Positions 8,492 through 16,181 of a stretch of 64,000 nucleotides of DNA are shown here, in pieces (the stretch's first letter is position 1; every line of letters starts with the position of its first letter). Position numbers and translations under genes: made by a program. The DNA is from Vicinamibacterales bacterium. Its GTDB lineage: Bacteria > Acidobacteriota > Vicinamibacteria > Vicinamibacterales > UBA2999. The notes beneath the pieces are model-generated. The model saw only the letters and a list, made by a program, of their open reading frames with translations, was not told the DNA's origin and made no database searches. The stretch is taken from the NCBI GenBank assembly GCA_050246635.1, contig JBFWVR010000005.1, forward strand, positions 370,844 through 434,843, read 5' to 3'.

Positions 8492-9789
8492 TCGGCGGGA
8501 ATCGCGCCAGCCGGCGTCGGCAGGCGGACGAGGTCGATCACGATCTGGTCCGGCCGCGTCCGCGTCAGCGCATCGGCGAACTCCCGCGAGCGGTTCCCGA
8601 CCACCAGCACTTCCGCGTGCGCCAGGACCTCGTCAATCGACTCGCAGAGCAGCGACGAGAGATGCGGGATGCGCTCCTCGATGTACGCCTTGTTGGCGCC
8701 GACCAGCCGGGCCGAGAAGACGTTGCGGTCGTAGATGCGCAGGTCGAGGCCTTTCCCCAGCAGCGTCTCGGCGAGGCTGACGATCGGGCTCTCGCGCAGG
8801 TCGTCCGTGTTGGCCTTGAAGCTGAACCCGAGCAGGCCCACCCGATGCCGGCCCGTGGCCAGCACGTCGTCGATCGCGTGCTCCACCTGGAGGCGGTTGC
8901 TCGGCAGGATCGAGGAGATCACGGGGAGCTCGACGTCGTGCTCCTTGGCGCAGTACTGCAGCGCGCGGACGTCCTTCGGCAGGCACGACCCACCAAACGC
9001 AAACCCCGGCTTCAGGTAGTAGGGCGACAGGTTCAGCTTGTCGTCCTGGCAGAAGATGTCCATCACGTCGTGGCTGTCGATGTCGAGCGACCGGCAGACG
9101 TTGCCGATCTCGTTGGCGAAGCACACCTTCAGCGCGTGCCAGGTGTTGCTGGCGTACTTGATCATCTCGGCGACGCGGATGCTGGTGTGGACCAGCGGGG
9201 CCTCGAGCGAGTCGTACAGCGCCGTCGTGCCGGAGAGATCGGCCGCGTGGTTGTGCCCCACGAGGGTGAGCGGGGGCTGCCGGAAGTCACGGACGGCCGT
9301 GCCCTCCCGCAGGAACTCCGGGTTCACCGACACGCCGAAGCCCTCACCGTACTTCAGCCCTGAGGCCGATTCGAGGGCGGGGATGACGACCTCGTGGGTG
9401 GTGCCCGGCAGCACCGTGCTGCGCACGACCACGAGGTGGTATCCCGTGCCGCCGGCCAGGGCCTCGCCAATCTGCTCGGACACGCGGCCGAGGTGCGTCA
9501 GGTCCAGCTTGCCATTGCGCTGGCTCGGCGTGCCGACGCAGATGAGCGACAGCTCGCTCGCGTGCACCGCGTCGGCCGCGTCCGTCGTCGCGCGCAGGCG
9601 GCCCGCCGCCGCGCTCTCGCGCACCGACTCGGCCACGCCGGGCTCGATGATGGGGCTGCGCCCCTCGTTGATCGCCGCCACCTTCTCGCGGTTGACGTCG
9701 ACGCCGACCACCTCGTGACCGTCGGCGGCGAGCATTGCCGCCGTGACCGTACCCACGTACCCCAATCCGAATACTGCGACTCGCATCAT
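8470..9789 (-). CDS. algD: GDP-mannose 6-dehydrogenase (AlgD-like nucleotide-sugar dehydrogenase)
   Basis: This is the C-terminal part of the 930-aa track ORF. The start ATG 9789 (MMRVAVFGLGYVG) overlaps the upstream stop (ATGA). It aligns along its whole length with AlgD as I recall it. Shared blocks: VGTPS, NPEFLREGTA, AEMIKY, the catalytic FGGSCLPKDVRAL, TDDLRESP and the terminal GICW. Confidence 0.85.
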   Translation of the reverse strand: MMRVAVFGLGYVGTVTAAMLAADGHEVVGVDVNREKVAAINEGRSPIIEPGVAESVRESAAAGRLRATTDAADAVHASELSLICVGTPSQRNGKLDLTHLGRVSEQIGEALAGGTGYHLVVVRSTVLPGTTHEVVIPALESASGLKYGEGFGVSVNPEFLREGTAVRDFRQPPLTLVGHNHAADLSGTTALYDSLEAPLVHTSIRVAEMIKYASNTWHALKVCFANEIGNVCRSLDIDSHDVMDIFCQDDKLNLSPYYLKPGFAFGGSCLPKDVRALQYCAKEHDVELPVISSILPSNRLQVEHAIDDVLATGRHRVGLLGFSFKANTDDLRESPIVSLAETLLGKGLDLRIYDRNVFSARLVGANKAYIEERIPHLSSLLCESIDEVLAHAEVLVVGNRSREFADALTRTRPDQIVIDLVRLPTPAGAIPADYRGICW

Positions 9790-11090
9790 GCCCCTTCCGT
9801 TGGCGCCGGGCCCGGGAGGGGCCGTGCCGGCTTGCCGGTGAACGCCGGTGCGCCGGCGCGGTTCCAGGCCGACGGGGCCGCCGACGCCGCGAGGCGGCCG
9901 AGCGCCGCCTCGAGGTCGTCGGCGACGGCCGACCAGTCGAATGTACGGGCCACGAGGTCGTGGGCCGTGTCGCCCAGGCGCCGGCGCTCGCCGGCGTCGC
10001 CGAGCAGGCGCACGACCGCCGCCGCGAAGGCGGCGGGGTCGTCTGCCAGCACCAGGTGTCGGCCGTCCTCGATCGGCAGTCCCTCCGCGCCGACGCGCGT
10101 GGAGACGACCGGCTTGCCCATGGCCATGGCCTCGAAGATCTTCAGCCGCGTGCCGCCGCCAATCCGGAGCGGCACGACATAGACCGCCGCGTCGGCGATG
10201 AACGGTCGCACGTCCTCGACCCGGCCGGTGACGACGACGCCGGCCTCCGCGGCCAGGCGCACCACGGCGGGCGTCGGCGCCCGCCCGACGATGTCGAGCC
10301 GGACATCGGGCACCCCGGCGCGGATGGCCGGGAGGACGTCGCGACAGAACCACACCATCGCGTCCTCGTTCGGCAGCCAGTCCATCGACCCGGTGAAGAC
10401 GAGCGTGCGGCTCTCGGCGGGCGCGGGTTCCGGCGCGAAGTAGGCGGTGTCGACACCGGTCGGCACCACGTGCACGTCCCCGGCGCGCACGCCGTCGTAG
10501 AGCCGCGCGAACGTCTCGCGATCGGCGTCGGACACGGCCAGGATGCCGTCGACGTCCCGGAGGGCCTGCGCCTCGTAGCGCAGCATCCGGCGATACTGCG
10601 CGGCGTAGAGCGCCCGTCGGAGCGGGCTGCCCGCCGTCTCCGCGTGGCGTCGCCAGATCTCCGACTCGACGTTGTGCGTGAACAGCACGACGGGACAGGG
10701 CAGGCGCTTCGGCAGGTTCACCGCCGAGCACAGGAAGTCGGCGACGACGAGGTCGAAGGTCTCCGTCGCGAGCAGTTGCTCGATCCGGCGCCGGTAGGCC
10801 GCGGAGCGGTACTGGCCGACGGCATACGGCAGGGGGTCCGCGAGGTGGCGGGCGGCGCGCGCGTAGAACCGCAGCGAGCCCTTTGGCGCCTCGATCCGCG
10901 GCACGACCTCGACGCGATCGGCCACCTCGTGCATGCCCTCGATGTGCGCCTGCGGCTCGTCGGGGGCCGCGAACGCGAGGTACGTCACCTCGTGCCTGGC
11001 GGCCAGCTGCTTCATCAGGTGCCAGGTCCGCAGCTTGCCGCCCTTGTCGAGGGGCAGCAGCAGGTCGGACTTCAGCCAGAGGATGCGCAT
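9786..11090 (-). CDS. GT4 (group 1) glycosyltransferase, stp-like (exosortase-locus type)
   Basis: The start ATG 11090 (MRILWLKSDLLLPLDKGGKLRTWHLMKQL) overlaps the upstream TGA by 1 nt. The C-terminal GT-B motif is GGGTRLKIFEAMAMGKPVVSTRVGAEG. Confidence 0.8.
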   Translation of the reverse strand: MRILWLKSDLLLPLDKGGKLRTWHLMKQLAARHEVTYLAFAAPDEPQAHIEGMHEVADRVEVVPRIEAPKGSLRFYARAARHLADPLPYAVGQYRSAAYRRRIEQLLATETFDLVVADFLCSAVNLPKRLPCPVVLFTHNVESEIWRRHAETAGSPLRRALYAAQYRRMLRYEAQALRDVDGILAVSDADRETFARLYDGVRAGDVHVVPTGVDTAYFAPEPAPAESRTLVFTGSMDWLPNEDAMVWFCRDVLPAIRAGVPDVRLDIVGRAPTPAVVRLAAEAGVVVTGRVEDVRPFIADAAVYVVPLRIGGGTRLKIFEAMAMGKPVVSTRVGAEGLPIEDGRHLVLADDPAAFAAAVVRLLGDAGERRRLGDTAHDLVARTFDWSAVADDLEAALGRLAASAAPSAWNRAGAPAFTGKPARPLPGPAPTEGA

Positions 11091-13066
11091 CAGGCCCGGA
11101 CTCCTCTCTGGTCGATGGTGGCGGCGGCCGGCGCCACGCTGGCCGCGGGCCGGGGCCCGGGCAGCGTCTGGACGCCGTCGCCGTCGATGAACGTGCGGAA
11201 CCAGAGCTCGAGGTTGAGCAGGCTCCAGATGCGGTCGCCGCCGCGCACGCGGCCGGCGGCATGGTCGTCGAGCAGCCGGGCGACGGCGCCCGGCTCCAGC
11301 ACGCCGCGCTGGCGGCACCGGCGGTCCAGCAAGACGTCGCGCGCCACCTGGTTCCAGCGCCCGCCGACCCAGCCGGCGAACGGCACCGGGAACCCCAGCT
11401 TGGGCCGGTGGAGGATGCTGTCGGGCAACACGCCCTTCATGGCCTCCCGCAGCACGCGCTTCGTGGTCCATCCGGACAGCTTCCAGCGATCGGGGAGCCG
11501 CGCCGCGAACTCGACGAGCTCGTGATCGAGGAAGGGCACGCGACTCTCGATGGACGCCGACATGCTCATCCGGTCCTGCTTCATCAGCAGCTCCACCAGG
11601 TAGGTCTTGATGTCCGCGTACAGGAGGCGATCGAGGAACGTGCTGTCGGCCGGCGCGGCGTCGTAGAGGTGCCGGCAGGCGTCGTACGCGGCCGCCCGGC
11701 CGGCGGCGGCCGCGGAGCCGGGGAACAGCAGGGCGTCCTGTTCGGCGAGTCGCACCGACGCGAAGTTGTCGAAGAGCATCGCGTCCGGCGTGCGGGGCAT
11801 GGCAAGGAAGCTGCGCGCGGCATAGCGCCCCAGCTTGCCCGGGAGGTGCGGCAGCACCCGGGCCAGCGCCCGGCGGCCGGCCGCGGGCACGGCCTGCTCG
11901 TAGATGCCGCCGGCGCGCCAGTTCAGGGCCGTGCGCGGGTACTTGCCGTAGCCGGCGAGGAGCTCGTCGCTGCCTTCACCCGTCAGCACCACGGTGACGT
12001 GGCGGCGTGCCAGCTCCGAGACGAAGTGGAGCGGCACGCTGGAGGGATGGGCAATCGGCGTGTCCTCGTGCCAGACGAGCCGCGGCAAGGCGCCGAAGAA
12101 GTCCTCGTCGTCGATCACGATCTCGTGCGACTCGGCGCCGATCGCACGCGCGACCTGCCGGGCGTACTCGAGCTCGTTGAAGGCGCGGTCCTCGAAGGCG
12201 ACCGAGAAGGTGCGGATGGGCGACGACACGTGCCGTGCCATCAGGGCCGCGATGGCGCTGCTGTCGATGCCACCCGACAGGAACACGCCGAGTGGGACGT
12301 CGCTCATGAGCCGCAGCCGCACCGACTCGTCCAGCAACGCGCGGAACCGCGGGACCACGTCCGCGTCGCGCAGGTGCTCCGGCCGGTCGCCGGCCGGCAC
12401 GTCCCAGTAGCGGGACGTGCGCACCACGCCGCGCTCGAACACCAGCTGGTGACCGGGCTCGAGCGCCTCGATGCCGCGGAACAGCGTGGCGTCGCCCGAG
12501 ACGAAGCGAGTGGCCAGCACCTCGGGGATGGCGCCTTCCCGCGCCTCGGCCGGCACACGACCGCTGGCCAGGATGGCCTTCACCTCGGAACCGAAGAGCA
12601 GGGTGTCGCGCCGCCGCGCCCAGTAGAGGGGCTTGATGCCGAGCCGGTCCCGCACGAGCAGCAGGCGCCGCGCGGGGGCGTCCCAGAGCGCGATGGCGAA
12701 CATGCCGCGCAGGCGACGTACGAACCCGTCCCCCCATTCCTCGTAGGCGTGGACCAGTGTCTCGGTGTCCGAGCGGGTCCGGTACCGGTGGCCGCGCGCC
12801 TCGAGCGCCTCACGCAACTCCGCGTGGTTGTAGATCTCGCCGTTGAAGGCCACCTGCACCGAGCCGGTCTCGTTCGCGAGCGGCTGCCGGCCGCCGGCGA
12901 GATCCACGATGCTGAGGCGGCGGTGGGCCAGGGCGGCCCGGTCGTCCGACCAGAGGCCGAAATCGTCGGGCCCCCGGTGGGCGAGGACGTCGCGCATGCG
13001 GGCCGCGCACGCGGGTGCCTCCGGATCGAGGCCCGTGGCGGAGACGAGTCCAGCGAGACCACACAT
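11090..13066 (-). CDS. asparagine synthase (glutamine-hydrolysing) family amidotransferase 1
   Basis: 658 aa. The MCGLAG N-terminus supplies the Ntn catalytic Cys2. The PP-loop SGGIDSS is present in the synthetase domain. Confidence 0.9.
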   Translation of the reverse strand: MCGLAGLVSATGLDPEAPACAARMRDVLAHRGPDDFGLWSDDRAALAHRRLSIVDLAGGRQPLANETGSVQVAFNGEIYNHAELREALEARGHRYRTRSDTETLVHAYEEWGDGFVRRLRGMFAIALWDAPARRLLLVRDRLGIKPLYWARRRDTLLFGSEVKAILASGRVPAEAREGAIPEVLATRFVSGDATLFRGIEALEPGHQLVFERGVVRTSRYWDVPAGDRPEHLRDADVVPRFRALLDESVRLRLMSDVPLGVFLSGGIDSSAIAALMARHVSSPIRTFSVAFEDRAFNELEYARQVARAIGAESHEIVIDDEDFFGALPRLVWHEDTPIAHPSSVPLHFVSELARRHVTVVLTGEGSDELLAGYGKYPRTALNWRAGGIYEQAVPAAGRRALARVLPHLPGKLGRYAARSFLAMPRTPDAMLFDNFASVRLAEQDALLFPGSAAAAGRAAAYDACRHLYDAAPADSTFLDRLLYADIKTYLVELLMKQDRMSMSASIESRVPFLDHELVEFAARLPDRWKLSGWTTKRVLREAMKGVLPDSILHRPKLGFPVPFAGWVGGRWNQVARDVLLDRRCRQRGVLEPGAVARLLDDHAAGRVRGGDRIWSLLNLELWFRTFIDGDGVQTLPGPRPAASVAPAAATIDQRGVRA

Positions 13067-13067
13067 G

Positions 13068-14171
13068 TCAGGCCGCCTGTCCGTAGAGACGATCGAAGGC
13101 GTCCACCATGCGATCGAAGGAATATCGGTCGCGGACCTCGCGCCGGGCCGCCTCGCCCAGCCGCGCGCCGAGGCTGGCGTCGTCCATCAGGCGCACGAGC
13201 CGGTCGGCGAGGACCGGGGGGTTGTCCGCCGGCACGAGCAGCCCGCTGCGGCCGTCGTCAATCACGTCCACGAGGCCGCCGACGGCGGACGCCACGACGG
13301 GCAACCCGGCGGCCATGGCTTCCAGCACCGCGTTGGGCAGCGATTCGGTACGCGACGGCAGCACGAAGATGTCGGCGGCGGCCAGGACCTCCGGGATGTC
13401 GTCCCGCGGTCCCAGGAACCGCACCCGGTCGCCGAGCCCTCGCTCGGCGGCCCGGGCCGCAATGCGCTCGCGTTCCGGGCCGGCGCCCACCAGGTCGAAC
13501 GAGGCGTCCGGGTGACGGGCGAGGACCGCGGCGGCCGCGTCGACGAGCACGTCGTGCCCCTTCTCCGGACGCAGGTTCGCCACCGTGACGACGCGGCGGA
13601 GCGGCTCCCGACCGGCGTGGAGCCTGGGGCGGAAGCGGTCGCAGTCGATGCCGTTCGGCACCACGGCGACCTTGCCTGCGGGCACACCTTCCTCGCGGAG
13701 GCGCGTGGCGGCCGCCTCCGAGTTGGCGACCACCGCGTGCGCGCACGAATAGGCCGCCGTCTGCAGGGCGCGTTGCGCGGGGCTCCGATCGCGATTCAGC
13801 CCGCGCCGGTTGCCCAGGCGCCGCCGCACGCCTGCGAGGCGCGCGGCCGGCAGCGCGAAGATGTTCGTGTAGAGGTCGCTCGCGTGCACCACCGTGATGC
13901 CCAGCCGCCGGCACCACCGGGCAAACGCCAGCGCCTGGCGCCACGATGCGGCCCGGCGGAAGCTGCGCACGGGGAACTCGGTGACCGACGCCGCTGACGC
14001 CGTCACGCGGTCGCGCCACGGCCCCTCGGCCCGGAGGCACGCCACATGGACGGTCCATCGATCCGGGGACAGGCGCCGGACGAGCTCGATCATCTGGCGC
14101 TCGGTGCCGCCGGTGTCGAAGCTGGTCATCACGACGGCGAGTGGAGCGGGCACGCAAGTGGGCACACGCAT
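13068..14171 (-). CDS. GT4 (group 1) glycosyltransferase
   Basis: The start is ATG 14171 (MRVPTCVPAPLAVVMTSFDTGGTERQ), residue 195 of the 561-aa track ORF. The C-terminal motif is PSRTESLPNAVLEAMAAGLPVVASAVGG. The start is uncertain; see the sigma54-like site at 14178-14192. Confidence 0.75.
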   Translation of the reverse strand: MRVPTCVPAPLAVVMTSFDTGGTERQMIELVRRLSPDRWTVHVACLRAEGPWRDRVTASAASVTEFPVRSFRRAASWRQALAFARWCRRLGITVVHASDLYTNIFALPAARLAGVRRRLGNRRGLNRDRSPAQRALQTAAYSCAHAVVANSEAAATRLREEGVPAGKVAVVPNGIDCDRFRPRLHAGREPLRRVVTVANLRPEKGHDVLVDAAAAVLARHPDASFDLVGAGPERERIAARAAERGLGDRVRFLGPRDDIPEVLAAADIFVLPSRTESLPNAVLEAMAAGLPVVASAVGGLVDVIDDGRSGLLVPADNPPVLADRLVRLMDDASLGARLGEAARREVRDRYSFDRMVDAFDRLYGQAA

Positions 14172-14177
14172 GGTCGA

Positions 14178-14192
14178 GCAAAGCAGATGCCA
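14178..14192 (-). promoter_or_regulatory. sigma54-type promoter match in the AsnB2/GT4 gap
   Basis: The minus strand reads TGGCATCTGCTTTGC(T). The predicted TSS (~14166) falls just inside the GT4 ORF as annotated, so either the GT4 starts at 14129/14132 or the match is not functional. Confidence 0.35.
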
Positions 14193-14224
14193 CGATCCGG
14201 CGCGCAAACGCGCCACTTCCGGCG

Positions 14225-16165
14225 TCACGTCGCGCCCACGACGGCATCGAGCGGAAGATTGGGTGCGCACTGTGGAAGCGGAGTGCCCGGCGTTCCCAGG
14301 TACAGGGCGTGCCAGCGCTCGAAGACGATGAGCTGCCACAGGCGCAGCGTGTGATCGCGACGCCCGTGCAGGTGCTCGTCGACGAGCCGTCGCACGGCCG
14401 CCGGCTCGAAGTAGCCCCGGGTGAGACTCTCGCGCGAGAGCAGGGTGTCGGCGAAGAGCTCCCGCGTGCCGCCGCGGAACCAGGCGCCCAGGGGCGCGCT
14501 GAACCCGCGTTTCTTCCGGTCGATCAGCGCGGCGGGCAGGAGGCGCGCCGCGACCTCCTTGAGCACGTGCTTGCGGCGGCCGCCCTGGATCTTGCGGGAC
14601 GCCGGGAGCGTCGCCGCGAAGTCCACGACGTGGTTGTCGAGCAGCGGCACCCGTGACTCGAGCGAGTGCGCCATGCTCATGCGGTCCACCTTCACGAGCA
14701 CGTCCTCCGGCAGGTAGGTGTCCGCGTCCACGTGCATCATCTGGCTGGCCCACGGCAGGTGCGCGTACGGCGTGAAGTGCGCGTGGAGGCGCGCCTCGGG
14801 CGCCGCCGGTCGCAGCCGGCCGCGCAGGTCGCTGGTCAGCAGCGCCGCCTTGTCATCGGGGCCGAAGAACCGCATGTCGTCCACGTAGCGGCTCTGCGGG
14901 TCCATCGCCACGTGCCGCAGGAAGGCGCGGCCACGCGCCCCCCGGGGCAGGATCGCGGCGGCCGCGCCGGCGAGCCGCCCCGCGCCCGGCGGGCTCCAGC
15001 GGTCGAACGCCGCGACGCGAGGGTGCGGCAGGTAACGCTCGTAGCCGCCGAAGAGCTCGTCGCCGCCGTCCCCGGACAGCGCGACCGTGACATGCCGGCG
15101 CGCGAGCTCGGACACGTACCAGGTCGGGATGGCCGAGGCATCGCCAAACGGCTCGTCGAAGTGCGAGACGAGCGCGTCGAGGATGCGCAGGGCGTCGGGC
15201 TCCACGACGAACTCGTGGTGCTCCGTCCCGTACCGGCGGGCGACCTCACGCGCGTACGGCCGCTCGTCCCCGCTTCCGCCGGCGAAGCCGATGGAGAAGG
15301 TGCGGACCGGGCCCTGGCCCGCCTGCGCCATCAGCGCGACCACCACGCTCGAGTCGATCCCGCCTGACAGGAACGCGCCGAGCGGGACGTCGCTGACCAT
15401 GTGCGAACGCACGGCGTCCCGCAGCACGTCATGAAGCGCCTCCACGGCCTCTTCCGGTGAGCCCGTGAACGTCTCCGACGCGGGCGGATCCCAGTACCGG
15501 CGCACCCGCATCGTGCCGTCGCGCCACTCGAGGAGGTGTCCCGGCGGGAGCTTGCGGATGCCGGCGAAGATCGATCCGTCCCGCGGCGTGTAGAGGAACG
15601 ACAGGTAATGATCGAGCGCGGCGGGATCGAGCTCCCGCGGCACACCGGGGAGCGCGAGGAGCGACTTGATCTCGGATGCGAAGGCGAGGCGCCCGCCGCG
15701 TTCATGGACGTAGAGAGGCTTGATGCCCATCCGGTCCCGCGCGACCAGCAGCGAGCGGTCGCGGGCATCCCAGACGGCCAGGCCGAACATTCCCCGCAAC
15801 CGCGAGACGACGTCCGCGCCCCACTCCTCGTAGCCGTGGACGATGACCTCGGTGTCGCTTGCGCTGCGGAAGTGGTGCCCACACGCCGAGAGCTCCGCGC
15901 GCAACTCGCGGAAGTTGTAGATCTCGCCGTTGAAGACGGTGCAGACCTGCCCGTTCTCGCTGAAGATCGGCTGCTGGCCGGTCGCGAGGTCGATGATGCT
16001 GAGCCGACGCATCCCCAGCGCGACGCCGTCGCCCACCCACGTGCCCTCCTCGTCCGGGCCACGATGGCGGATGGCGTCGCACATGCGGGTGAGGCTGTCG
16101 CGTGCCGGCTCGGCGGGATGGGATCCCGTGCCCGGCGCGTCCACGAATCCGGCGATTCCACACAT
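14225..16165 (-). CDS. asparagine synthase (glutamine-hydrolysing) family amidotransferase 2
   Basis: I moved the start to ATG 16165 so the protein begins MCGIAG (Cys2 nucleophile). The SGGIDSS PP-loop is present. It is a paralog of 11090-13066. Confidence 0.9.
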   Translation of the reverse strand: MCGIAGFVDAPGTGSHPAEPARDSLTRMCDAIRHRGPDEEGTWVGDGVALGMRRLSIIDLATGQQPIFSENGQVCTVFNGEIYNFRELRAELSACGHHFRSASDTEVIVHGYEEWGADVVSRLRGMFGLAVWDARDRSLLVARDRMGIKPLYVHERGGRLAFASEIKSLLALPGVPRELDPAALDHYLSFLYTPRDGSIFAGIRKLPPGHLLEWRDGTMRVRRYWDPPASETFTGSPEEAVEALHDVLRDAVRSHMVSDVPLGAFLSGGIDSSVVVALMAQAGQGPVRTFSIGFAGGSGDERPYAREVARRYGTEHHEFVVEPDALRILDALVSHFDEPFGDASAIPTWYVSELARRHVTVALSGDGGDELFGGYERYLPHPRVAAFDRWSPPGAGRLAGAAAAILPRGARGRAFLRHVAMDPQSRYVDDMRFFGPDDKAALLTSDLRGRLRPAAPEARLHAHFTPYAHLPWASQMMHVDADTYLPEDVLVKVDRMSMAHSLESRVPLLDNHVVDFAATLPASRKIQGGRRKHVLKEVAARLLPAALIDRKKRGFSAPLGAWFRGGTRELFADTLLSRESLTRGYFEPAAVRRLVDEHLHGRRDHTLRLWQLIVFERWHALYLGTPGTPLPQCAPNLPLDAVVGAT

Positions 16166-16181
16166 AGTCTGGCGGTTCCTC

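Noticed and set aside
8470-11262. Very long track ORFs that fuse or over-extend genes. These are 8470-11262, 9786-11471, 13068-14753, 29751-31964, 31753-33498, 42955-44511, 45787-46854, 50404-52044, 51834-53963 and 53051-55111.
   Set aside because: The N-terminal parts are Arg/Pro/Gly-rich read-through of the upstream gene in another frame. Internal ATG/GTG codons with SD sequences, signal peptides, family-typical N-termini or ATGA/GTGA stop-start overlaps give much better gene models.
10883-13588. A 901-aa plus-strand ORF. Similar long antisense ORFs lie at 16527-18911, 19928-22228, 28211-30364, 36745-37965, 38725-40326, 46650-48278, 49969-51837, 53647-55134 and 62261-63877.
   Set aside because: All are antisense to genes with strong family signatures. 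They are Arg/Gly/Pro/Ala/His-rich and lack SD or start context. I treat them as shadows of high-GC coding sequence.
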